Source: Plasmodiophora brassicae (taxonomy: Eukaryota). Taken from it: a DNA stretch of 64,000 nucleotides. The position numbers were made by a program, and so were the translations under genes. The stretch covers positions 1,302,001 through 1,366,000 of the forward strand of contig CP145410.1 of assembly GCA_036867785.1 (NCBI GenBank), written 5' to 3'. Of this stretch, positions 32,693 through 43,924 are shown one piece after another. Each line of letters starts with the position of its first letter. The stretch's first letter is position 1. The notes beneath the pieces are model-generated. The model was given only the letters and a program-made list of their open reading frames with translations. It was not told where the DNA came from and did no database searches.

Positions 32693-34257
32693 TTAGTCTC
32701 GATCGGCCGCTGCAGCCGGGGTTGGATGGGCACCGGCAAGAAAAGACGATGCCGTCAGGATAGGCGGTGTCTTCTGCGCCGCCTTCGTTCTCTGGAAGTA
32801 CTTGTATCCAACAATGAGGTCGTGCAGCAAGCGTGCATCAGGGACCGTGTCCAGAATAAACTCCCGGTCCCGTCCTTTCAGACGAAGCGTAAGGCAAGCG
32901 CCTTCTAAATCTACAGCATTAATCTCGACCAGCAGGTTTCTACCCACAATCTCTTTCGTCGTCCGGTTCAAGCAGAGGACAGCATTGCAATTTGCTCCAA
33001 GCAGGATGTCGGCCGTCAGTCCTTCGTCCGAATATTGCTCCTGAACACGGGGCCAGATAAGGTTAGACGACGAAACGAGGGTGGGCAAATCGAGTACCCG
33101 CGCCAGAGAGAATGTCGCCCCGTACGTCGGCAAATGCTTGCAACGCCTGATGAACCTGTGCTTGACCACGAGCTCATCGGCGCCCCGTAGTCGTCTATGT
33201 TCTCTGTAAACGTACTCTTCGATGAACGCAGCCGACCGATAAGGCGGAGGTAGGAACTCCATTACGCTGGGAACAGATAAGCTAGAAGTTGCCTAATACG
33301 AGCCAGACGGCTACTTACTCCATGAAACCTGCAACGTGGACGAGAGGATCGTAATTACCATACGTGATCTGCATGTTCATCGCAGCGAACTGAACAGCGA
33401 GCTCGAATGACAGCGGATGAGCGCCCGTAATGATCGCATGCCGAGCCTCGAGGTACAGTACGTGCAGCAACGACGGTTGCTCAACGCCAACCAGCGAGTC
33501 TGAGACAAAGAACTTCTTGCGAAACACTATAACCTGGTCGGCAGGAACTTGCAGGTACAGCGGTTGTTCAGGGACAAGCCATACTAACTGCAGGTCTGCG
33601 AAATTGCAACCATCACGTTAGAAGCGTCATTGCCAACGCACAGCGCATGACAGACGTTGATGTTTCTGGAGTGAAAATTCCGACGAATCATCGATCCCGA
33701 ACCTCTTCGCAATCGTAGCAGTCTACACACAGGTCGCGCAAATCAACGTTGAGGTCGGCCGAAGTCCGGCCGTCCAAGAATACCATACCAGTTCGGCCAC
33801 GGTGGACGTCTCATTGAGGAGGACCGTCTTCCGCAAACTGTTATCGATATCTGTAACAATGCACTGCCTGATCTTGCTCTGGTAATGCACGGGTCCCTGC
33901 ACACGTCCCGTTACACTACCGACAATGTACGGAGCGTAGCGTGATGGCAAATTGTGTACCTGTTGCTTGGGCATGATCGATTCCGGATCCAGCCATTGTC
34001 CTGCGCTACAGGATTCGTTCACGTCGAATAAGCCCCAGTCGTCGGATCGCTCTCCGCCGTACTTCTGCATCATACGTCACCATCAGGAAACGGCGGCATG
34101 CATGCACAGAGAGCTGATAACCAACCTGTGCGACAATGTCGAGAACGTCACGAACGAGGCTCCCCTCCTCGTACTGGATGACGGCGGCACACTTATCCGC
34201 TGAGCTGCCAGCGGGGAACAACACTTTCAAAACGGACGTTCCGCGTGCCACGCCCAT
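32693..34257 (-). CDS. Talin-head-like FERM protein (F0-F3), no rod, spliced
   Basis: DWGLF..GQWLD, FRKKFFVSD, LYLEARHAIITGAHPLSF..AVQFA, EFLP, LPTYGATF, LLGANCNAVLCLNRTTKEIV. Stop shortly after F3. Confidence 0.8.
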
Positions 34258-34626
34258 GGTCGATTGCAACGGCCCGGAGTCAAAATCCGATGCCGCGATG
34301 CGGCGGCAGCGCGAGCTCCAGATTTAGCAGCCCTCTGGCATCCGCCGGCCCGTCAGTCTTGAGTACAACCTCCTACTCGTGAGTCGTGACTACTCCGCCC
34401 ACGACGCACACACAGACACACAAACACACAATTGTACACCCCCGCCTAACCTTTCGTCGGGTCATGGCCTCATGGGTCCATTGGCGCCGCATGAGGGATC
34501 CTGTTACTAAACTGATCAGGCTGTTCTCGCTGCCATTCTGGGTACGGCATGATTCAATAGGGGCCAATAGTACTCGTGGATCGTTTGCTCGCCGACCCTT
34601 GACCCAAACTGGACGGTCCCGTCCGC

Positions 34627-36113
34627 ATGATGAGCGACGATACGTCGCCAGTGATGATCGTTGTTCTGGGACCGGCGCTACTATCCGTCATGCTGGGCGT
34701 CGCGGCCGTCGTCAGCCTGCGCTACAGGGAGCATCCAGCGATTCGGTGGCGTGGCCTTAGGGCTATGCTGGAACGCGTGCTGCTCATATGCCTGTGGGTG
34801 CTGTCGATGACGCTCACACCAGTGCTGTCACCGGCAAGCCATTGTGCCCTTGGCGTCATAATCGATGCACTGTTTTGTACGTCCCTGAGCAACGCCATGT
34901 CTGTCGCCATGTTGATCTGTCGTGCGCAGGGGCGGCGTTGGCATGTGTCGCATGCCAGCTGTGGTGCGGATTCATCTCCTGGACCACCATTAACCGCATT
35001 TGCGTCATCAAACACACGCTCAGCGTCGTCCCTGCCGGCACGTTGCAGCGCTATCGACGCGACTTGTCGTCGCCTGCCGTCCAGGCTCTGCTTACGATCT
35101 TCATTGTCGGGGTTGGGGTTGCGGAGGCGATTGTCGCGTACGCTGTGGCCAGGGAAAACGGGAGGTACGCAGGGCCATTTGACGCCCCGATAGCCACCTT
35201 GTTAACGAATGTACCACGTTGGGCAGTCAACAATTGGAGATGTGTTTGCATCGATCAGGCGTATTCACTTGCGTGTGCTTGATCGTGTACGGCATCGCCT
35301 TCGCAACGCTCTCCTACAGGCATCGGAAGTTGGATGACACGTTCGGTACGCACAATAACGGTTGGCGCCTATGGAAACGCCCGCTCATGCCTGGCAGGAA
35401 TCGTGCTCGAGTCGAAGGCCATTGCGACCATTGTAACATGCTCAGCATTCCTGTCCCTGTTCAGGAAGGCACCGACCGCGACGACAGCAATTGACATTGC
35501 CTTCGTTATTGTCGTCTGCATTGGCGTTACGATGTCGACGTTTGGGATTCCGGTGCGAGCCGCTGTAACGACACCTGTCGTCGCCCCAGAACTGCGACAG
35601 GCGGCAAACTACCTGCGCATTCAAGTGCGCCCACCAAACAACCCTGTCGTGCAAGGCTACGGCAACCTGTTCGACGTGATGGACAGCCCGAAAGGGCTTG
35701 CTAACCTGAAGGACTTTTGCAAGGCGGAAATGTCCTCCGAGAACGTGGTGTACCTGGAACTCAGCAGGTCGATTGCCAGGAAGCACGGCTTGCCGGATAT
35801 CACCAAGCGGAGGGGTGATGCTGGAAGGGCCTGCACGGTTCCAGCTAACCTGCAGGCATCGTTCATCGCAGACCTATCTGAGCTCTGCCTCACGTTTCTG
35901 ATTGCCGACGCCCCCATGCTTTTGAACTTCTCGGTTGACGTTAGGAATTTGGTAACTGCCTTCCTGGAGGTTCCACAGAACGACATCCAGCAGCGCGTTC
36001 AGAAAGGCATAGAAATGCTGTATACCGTCGACGATGCTGTTTGCGAAACTTTTGTCGGGGACGCCTTTGCCAGGTTCAGGCGGTCAAAGGCCTACGCTAC
36101 CCTCGTGGTTTGA
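34627..36113 (+). CDS. Multi-pass (probably 7TM) membrane protein with C-terminal RGS domain, spliced
   Basis: Several TM segments followed by LKDFCKAEMSSENVVY, FLIADAPMLLN and DAFARFRRS (RGS box pattern). Confidence 0.8.
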
Positions 36114-36273
36114 CCAATCTGTATCCCTCCGGTAGCTTATCAACAACGGAGACAGTGCATAAATACCTGCCAACAAATGGCATGCCCATTCAGTACCGCG
36201 TGTTCGACTGTAGTCTGTCGCCCATAGAAGAAAGGATCGAGTCGGGTACCTACTAGTAGTCGACCCCGCGAAG

Positions 36274-38132
36274 ATGCCGGCATCGGAATCAGGGGCGTCG
36301 GCGAGCTCGACGCCCCGACGGCAAAGGCGCCCGTCGTCGCGTGTTTCTTTCGGGTCGCTGCGCCTACCACAAAATGATCAGGTGCAGCAGTCAAGCGACC
36401 AGGATATGTACACAGTGCTCGCTGCCGACTACATCGACAAGCACAGGATCTGGGACCTATTCGCCAGCCTGCTCGAGAGCCTAGCCATTGAGAAGCCTGC
36501 GAACCCCATCCCGTTCTTGGTTCAGCAGCTACAACGGCCGATCGGTAACGATATCAGACGCAGTGATAATTCCATTTCAAGGAACTCTTCACAGTGACCC
36601 TCCGCATTCTCGTTCTCGGCGGCCCAGGTTCAGGCAAGACGTCCCTTAGCGCCCGTATCGTACGGGAATTCGGTGTCGAACGTATGCAGGCGCGGCACTG
36701 CATGCTCCTGCCAATGTCTGAACAGCCAACCTTGTACCAACAGTTGTTAGCAGCAGCGACATACTTCACGAGGTGTCCAACCACGATACACAGGTCGGCC
36801 AATGCGTCAAGTCGTATATTGACAAGGGCGAAGCCGTTCCGGATTCCATACTCGTGCCGATGCTTCTAACGGCCGTTTGCCGCCCATCCTGCAAACAGAA
36901 TGGATGGCTCCTGGAGGGGTTCCCGCGATGCCGCGATCAAGGCAATCAAATGCTGAGAGGTGCGTTGATTTAAACCCGCATTTGAATCAATGGCTCAAAT
37001 CGGCATCCAGCCGGTATACTCCCGAACAAAGTGATTCTGCTGGATCTGCCGCCAGCGGTTGCAAAGCAGCGAATCCTGGGGCGGCGCGTCGACCCGAAGA
37101 CGGGCGAAGTGTTTTCCGCCAATGACGTATCGGAATCTGCAGGATCTCGTCTGCAGAAACGCTCCATCGATACCGACGAGAACGCTGAAAAGACCATCGC
37201 GACATGGACTAAGGACATGAACTCAACCCTGGACCTTTTCAAACGCCAAGCGCTTATTGTCAATGCCGAGCAGACGCCAGAGCAGATCTGGAAACAAGTT
37301 CGCGCGTATCTGTTGACACGGCCGCCAAGCCTGGCGCCGACTCGTCCACCACGAATTGCTTTGATTGGCGCACCGGGAACCGGGCGGACGACGATGAGTC
37401 ACATGATAGCGCAGGAGCTCAACCTAATGCACATCTCGCCAGGTGACCTGTTGCGCGAACAGATTGCGATGGACAGTGAAATTGGCAAGCTCGCGAAGGG
37501 ATTCGTTGGGGCTGGTAATGTCGGCACCGCATTGTGCATTGCCGGGCTGACCATGGGCACTCAGGTCTGTCCGTGCCCGACGACATTGTGAACACCCTTG
37601 TTCGGGACCGGTTGCTCAGCAAGGAGGCCCGTGACCGAGGTTACGTTTTAGACGGCTTCCCAGGGACACGAGCGCAGGCGGAAATGATGAAGTCGTGGAA
37701 CACTATTCCGCGCCGCGTCGTGCTTCTTGAAGGTGCTGGTGCATAGGATAACACCGCTCTCATACGAAAATAACCAATCATGCCACAGGACCTACGGAAG
37801 CTCTTGTCGAACGTGTCTCAGGCCGCCTGATTGATCCGCTTACGAACCGCGTCTACCACGTCAAAGCAGACCCGCCACCGCCTGGCGACATAGCGTCGCG
37901 CTGCGTTCGGCGTGAAGAGGACGACCCCGACGTCGTCCGTCACCAAATCAAGCGCGTCAAGGCGGCCATCGACGAAGCCGCCGGCGAATTCGGCGAGATC
38001 ACCGCCCGGGTCGATGCCAGTCAGCCGAAGCGCACCGTCTACGAGACGTTCCGGCACCTGTGCATCTCGGAACTGCCCATTCCGGCCCCGACCAGCGCGT
38101 CGAAGCGCCCGACGTCCCCCAATCCGGTGTAA
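36274..38132 (+). CDS. AK8: Adenylate kinase 8-like (RIIa/Dpy-30-like N-terminus, two AK domains), spliced
   Basis: YIDKHRIWDLF..KPANPIPFL; GGPGSGKT, GWLLEGFPR, GRRVDPKTG; second domain GAPGTGRTT, GYVLDGFP, GRLIDPLT. Confidence 0.85.
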
Positions 38133-38243
38133 CCCCAGGACAAGTTCGGCACGGCCCGGTGCCCCAGTTGGCTTTATATATTCAGACTACACGTTTGCGG
38201 TTTTCTGCAGGTCGAGTGCCGAACGTTTTTCGCAGGCGGGAGA

Positions 38244-38286
38244 GGGGGGGGGGGGGGGCCCTTGCCGCTGCCGCTGCCGCTGCCGA
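38244..38286. repeat. G15 homopolymer followed by a short (tgccgc)n microsatellite
   Basis: 15 consecutive G at 38244-38258, then tgccgc units. Confidence 0.85.
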
Positions 38287-38329
38287 TCCCATTTTCTTCT
38301 TTTGGCCGTCGGCTTGTCTTACGCGCCCC

Positions 38330-39189
38330 ATGCCGGGAAGGATTTCGGCGCGTGACGAGTGGCCCCCTGTGGGCGACGACCTTCCGACTGGTCACGATGC
38401 CCTCACTGAGAACCAGCGACGGCCGGTCTCGTTGCCCTGGCCTCCATATATGCCCAGGGCGATCATGCTGACGCCTCGTCCCAAGCGCGCGTTCACGTGC
38501 GAGACCTGCTCCAGGGTGTTCAGCCGGCGCAGCCACCTCTCCAGCCACGAGAGAACACATTCCGGGAACAAACCTTTCGCATGCACCATTTGTGACAAGA
38601 AGGTCGGGCTATTCAAAATGAGATGGGCGCATAGGGCGCTGATAATAGTCCTTGCACAGTTCACACAGTCGGGAAGTCTGAACAGGTAGCGTACACGTCC
38701 GTAATGGTTATCTAGCTGAGCAGTTAGGGCAGGCACGTGCGGATGCATGCGGCGGACCAGAGCGAGGCGCGGCTTCCGTACCCTTGTAGCGTGTGTGCCA
38801 GACGATTTGGAACAAGCAAAGGCCTGTCCGCTCATACACGAGGTAGCCATCGAGAGAGCAACGTATCGCCAGCATCACCAATCTGCGACTTGGACGTCGC
38901 GCCCCTCCTTCAGTCCGGATCACCTATGCATATTCCATCCGATGTCGACCACTTGCTTCAGGTACCGCACCTGGAAACACCTCCCCCTGGCCCGCGTCAT
39001 AACGCCGATACGTTCCGGAACGAGGTCCACGTGAAACTTCAGCCGCTTCGTCGCCAGCAGCCTTCTCTGCAGTGCCTGCTCTGCTGGCAGACGTTCGCCC
39101 ATTCGGACCTCGTATCACACCACATGCGCGTGGCACATAGCGGCACATTACCCCAAGCGTGCCCACCGTTCCCTGATATCGACCTTTAG
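38330..39189 (+). CDS. C2H2 zinc-finger protein, spliced
   Basis: FTCETC..HERTHSGNKPFACTIC, YPCSVC..HTRGSH, CLLC..HMRVAH. Confidence 0.8.
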
Positions 39190-39350
39190 CCGTTCGCTGC
39201 ATTCTACTGACTGTACTGCAAGACCAATGCGTCCCCGTAATACAGGCCCGCATGGTCATTTGTCCATCGATATCTCGCGGTCATCATTGCGCTCGGTTAC
39301 CTACTGCGCGCGCACGTGATTGACGCCAGAAACGCGCCGCGCCGCAGGAC

Positions 39351-39902
39351 ATGACCAAGACGAAGAAGCGGCCCAGCAGCGGCAAGGCGCCGTCGACGCC
39401 GGCCCGGATCGAGCCGGCAGCGCCCATACAGGGCCGTCAGCTGGTCCCGTACTTCGACGCCAATGGTGCCGAGCAGCACGCCGCCGGGTTGCCGACTGTC
39501 GGCCGCCCGCTCGTTCCGTTCTTCCTGCCCGGATCCAATCACGAGAATGTCGACCTCGTGCTGCCGAGTAGCCCCCCACCTGCCGCTCAGAAATCGACAC
39601 CGGCGACGACGTCATCGTCTACCGGCAGGAAGGCGAACCCAAGGAAACAGGCGGATGCTAATCGGTCGTCATCATCGTCTAGTCGTGGAGCGGATCGTTC
39701 ACGGTGGGCGGCGTCTGCATTCAGCATATCGCCAGCTCCAGACACGATCCCGCTGCCAAAGTTTGTCACACAATCTCCTAGGCCTGGTGTCCCGAAGCGG
39801 CTAAATTTCCGCTCGCAAGCTGGCCATGATTCTGATAACGACGACGACATGCAAACGGCCAACGACTTGTCCGAGTTCCTACTCCAGCTTCTCATGCGAT
39901 AA
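39351..39902 (+). CDS. Disordered protein with PNRC/Edc1-like motif
   Basis: RWAASAFSISPAPDTIPLPKF resembles the YAGxxF...SPxPxxLPxP decapping-activator motif. Confidence 0.6.
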   Translation: MTKTKKRPSSGKAPSTPARIEPAAPIQGRQLVPYFDANGAEQHAAGLPTVGRPLVPFFLPGSNHENVDLVLPSSPPPAAQKSTPATTSSSTGRKANPRKQADANRSSSSSSRGADRSRWAASAFSISPAPDTIPLPKFVTQSPRPGVPKRLNFRSQAGHDSDNDDDMQTANDLSEFLLQLLMR

Positions 39903-39979
39903 TATATTACGTAGAATACGGAGGCATGCAATAAGTTAGTGTATTTAGGACAGTGGGTGTGGCAGGCGGACACGCGGGC

Positions 39980-42575
39980 CTACTTCCTGGCTTCAACAAA
40001 CTGCTTCCGCAGCTGTTGGTAACGGGCGAGCTCCTCGTTGGACAGTGACGGGGCAATGGTGGATGCAGCGCGCCTGAAATCGTCCTGGGTGACGACCGCC
40101 CGCAGGTCCTCTGGAGGACACGAGCGTAGATACTCCCTGATGGCGCGCCGACCAGAAACGGCATCCCGATCATCACCATCATCAGCCCTGGACAGCTCCG
40201 CTTCGACTCGGGAGATCTTTGTCTTCAGTGCATTCAGCAGCGCGTCGCTGCATAATGCGTAGAAGTCGGCACCCGTCAAGGTCATGGGAAGATCTTCAAC
40301 GATGGCTTCCAGGTCAACGTCTTCATGTAGAGTGAACTTTCTTGTCAATGCCTTTACGACAGTCAGCTGGGCAGCCTTGTCTTCGCTGACGCCGAGATAG
40401 ATGCACGTGTCAAGGCGCCCGGGACGCAACAACGCAGAGTCGATCAGATCGGGGCGATTCGTTGCGCCAATGATGAACACATCAGCAACCTTGCCGATCC
40501 CATCGATCTCGGTCAGCAACTGCGATACAACGCGATCCATAACGCCACCAGAGTCAGAACCCTGGCCCCGGTTGGGTGCCAGCGCGTCAAGTTCATCGAA
40601 GAACAGGACGCACGGTCGAGAATCGCGAGCGCGCTCGAAAACAGCCCTGACATTGGCCTCGCTCTCTCCAACGTACATGTTGAGAAGCTCGGGACCTTTC
40701 ACGCTGATGAAGCTTAACGAACACTCGGTGGCGACAGCCTTGGCGACAAGCGTCTTGCCAGTACCCGGTGGGCCATAGAGCAGGACACCGCTGCGTTGTC
40801 GGATTCCAGCAGTGAACAGTGAGGGGTGCTTGAGAGGGAGCTCGATCGTGTCCAGAATAGCCTGCTTCACGTTCTCAAGCCCGCCAATGTCTTCCCATCG
40901 GACATTGGGGATCGACGCTGTCACAGCTCTAGACTGCATTCCTTTCAATGCTTGCGAAAGTTCATCGTCACTGATGGCGACCGTATCAGGAGCAAACTTG
41001 ACAGGGGCGGATGGTTCGCAACCGTACAGCGCCATGTACTCCGCTGCGGAATCGTCGTCATCGTCATTCTGCTTCTCGCAGCGATCATGGCGCATTCGCG
41101 CCGAACACTCAATGGCCCCGCAGAGATCTCGCAAGTCACCCCTTGTAGCACCAGCAGTAAGAGCAGCGGCCGCGCAGGCTAGATCAGGCACGCATGCCAG
41201 GTTGTCGATGACGATCGCTTCCCGATCGGACTTGTCCAGGGCATCAACGTGTACCTCGTGAGCGAAACACGAGGCCAACGCCCCGGGAAGGTTGCCGTCG
41301 TTCGAACCAACGACTACGACATGGGCGCCTTTAGCGCGAGAGGTAGCATACAGGGCGTCCAGGTCACGATACAGAGCATTTGCAAGCAAGCCGATATCGG
41401 GACGACCTTGGGCGTTGCTATGCTCGACCAGAGCAGCAAGGCGGCGAAGGTGGAGTATAACAGGGTGCACGGTTAGTGCCGACTGGAGAATGGTAGCGAG
41501 ACGTTCCGACGTTTGGCGCTCTGTTGGCTGGACAACGTCGAAGCAGTTGATCTCCATGAGTTGCATACCAAGCTTGCGTGCGACGTCAGCGACTGATCCG
41601 CGTTTCCCTGAGCGGCGTCGTCCAATTAGCGCAAGGCTTGGCGACAGGGCCAGCGAGGACGCGAGTGGATGGATGAGTGGCTTGACGATGCTCATCAACA
41701 TTGCCGTCGTCGTCCCGTTAACATGGTTCGGCGCTGACGAAGGCCACATCCGAGACATATACGTCGATGCTTGATGAGGGACAACAGAGTTCAAAGGATT
41801 GGCATCGTTGGTGACCAGTCGAGTTGCCTCCGGATGGACAACAAAGAAGTCCAGATCGCGTTCACTGCCATCATGATCCAATTCGACACGGTAGAATATC
41901 ACATGAAGAGCATCGGGAAGCGTGATAGCAGACGCGAATGATGGGCGGAACGAGGGCAGCGATGCCATCGTGGACAGATGCAGATCATCATGCTGTAAAG
42001 GATCATGTGGGTCCACAGGTACTGGAACAATCATCTCAGGCGCCAGCACGTGAGGAACCGAAAAGAACGCGCGAATTGCTTCTGTTGTTGCAGGATCATT
42101 GGGGCTAGCGATACGAGTCAACGTCACTTGCGGAGCAATCGGCACGGGGACCCGCCCGAACATGTCTGACGCCATGGACGTGTCGGATCTGGTGTCATAA
42201 CGACTGATGACGACCGATTCGGTATCCGGACGATTGGAGCACAGCCGTTTGTCAGCTTGAAGGTAGTGCATCAGGATTGGCGAAATTCGAACCGGGCTAG
42301 ACGGGTCGCGATCGGCAACAAGTTGTGCCAAAGCTCGTCGCGTCGTTCGCGGTGAGTAGACGACGACCCATTCCCCAGTGGCGACATGCATCGCCTACCG
42401 GTACGATTAGGAACTCGGGTCCCGGATACAATAAACCAGCCGTTACCTCTGGGAGGCACGCATGGATCTGTGCCAGAATGTCAGCGTGAAACGCAGGTCG
42501 CGCTGGTGCCGGCGCTGGCAGCACTGTTGCTGTCGCTGTCAGCTCGGTCACCTCCCCATCCATCAAGCCCGGCAT
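39980..42575 (-). CDS. PEX6: Peroxisomal AAA ATPase PEX6
   Basis: Degenerate D1 (GRRRSGK), IPNVRWEDIGGL, RSGVLLYGPPGTGKT, LLNMYVGESEAN, GDSGGVMDRVVSQLL-type motif, TGADFYALCSDA. One 5' intron at ~42395-42445. Start uncertain. Confidence 0.95.
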
Positions 42576-43113
42576 CACCAACTGCGCGGCGTGCGCGGAA
42601 CGACGCGGTCTTCGCGATTTCGTTTGTCATCGATCAGCTCGTCGATATTGTAACTTTGGCAGCAGGATGAACAGTAACCATTTGCGCTTGTAAGTACGTT
42701 TCCGTGTCTGATATGTCGTGCTCCAACATGAGAACAGCTGTCCAAGAGGTCGACGTGTCCGGGTGCAGCGGACAACCAAGTTGCGTCCTTTCAAGTTCTA
42801 GATTGTTCCTCGATATCGCGTTATCGTCAGCTCCTTGCACATGGGTCGCGTCAAACGACGGAAGCAAGAGCACGTCTGAGAGCTGTTGAGCATCTGGTGC
42901 TTTACCAGCCTACCAGGTTTGGGCAGGAACTGTTGCGGGCGGGCCGTGGCTGTTTACTCAAGGCACGATCTACTTCGGAATGCGACGCAGTGCTCATCCC
43001 GTCATCCGTCAAACAAATCAATGATATTCATTTCGGTTTGTGACTCGCAAGCGCAATCCCACATAACTGAGCAACTTGCGCACTGTTAACCGCAGTTAAT
43101 CTATCCTGCTCTG

Positions 43114-43146
43114 AACCGGTTAAGTTCCAGTGGAACTTACCCGGTT
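43114..43146. repeat. 33-bp near-perfect palindrome
   Basis: aaccggttaagttcca-g-tggaacttacccggtt, one mismatch. Confidence 0.85.
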
Positions 43147-43630
43147 AGCGATTGACCGCTATAGCCGGAATTAAAATGAGCATGCCTAGCCAGGCGATGG
43201 ACCTCACAGGAGCCGTGGGGCGCGGCCGTCAGTGAGTGCCACTCGGGGCAGCTGCATTGTGCGTTTGGCGGTCCGTGTCGCGTGATGGAGGTTGACGCCG
43301 CGCTGGTCATCACTGACAATTCGACGGCTGCTACCGCCAGCCAGTACCTGCAGGAGTTCGTTGGCAGATTCGGGCACACAGTGCATCTCTCGGCGCGTGC
43401 GGTGACGTATGACGCGGCTTCACGCTGCGTTTGTTCACACGTGACCAGCTGTGTACTTTGTTCAACGGACCGGACCATCATGTTAAGACGATTTCTGAAT
43501 CGCTGCACCGTGCTCTTCACGCTGATATCGATGAGGCATCACTTCGTCTTCCGGAGCGTGTGATGCTTCCAATGCCGTCGGATATGCGCCCCGCGTCATC
43601 GGCTTTCACGATGGTACGTATGCAGGCATG

Positions 43631-43924
43631 AACTGTAGAAAGTTCAGACAAGAAATCATCGAGTTGGATATGATCAAAGTCGGCCTCTTCGGAGGGAATG
43701 GACGCAGATGAAAACACGCTCTGTACTTCCATGCCGTCACGATTTCTTCCGGACTTGCAACTACCTATAGAATAAATATAGCCAGTTGATGCTGCAAGTC
43801 CGGAAGAAATCGTGACGGCATGGAATTAGTACAGAGCGTGTTTTCATCTGCGTCCATTCCCTCCGAAGAGGCCGACTTTGATCATATCCAACTCGATGAT
43901 TTCTTGTCTGAACTTTCTACAGTT
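43631..43924. repeat. Long inverted repeat (~129-bp arms) with quasi-palindromic centre
   Basis: 43631-43759 is the reverse complement of 43793-43924 except for a 3-nt indel. The centre caactacctata-gaataaa-tatagccagttg also pairs partly. Confidence 0.96.

Noticed and set aside
34404-34430. (CA)n-like tract, and a (GT)n tract near 58605
   Set aside because: Short ordinary microsatellites.
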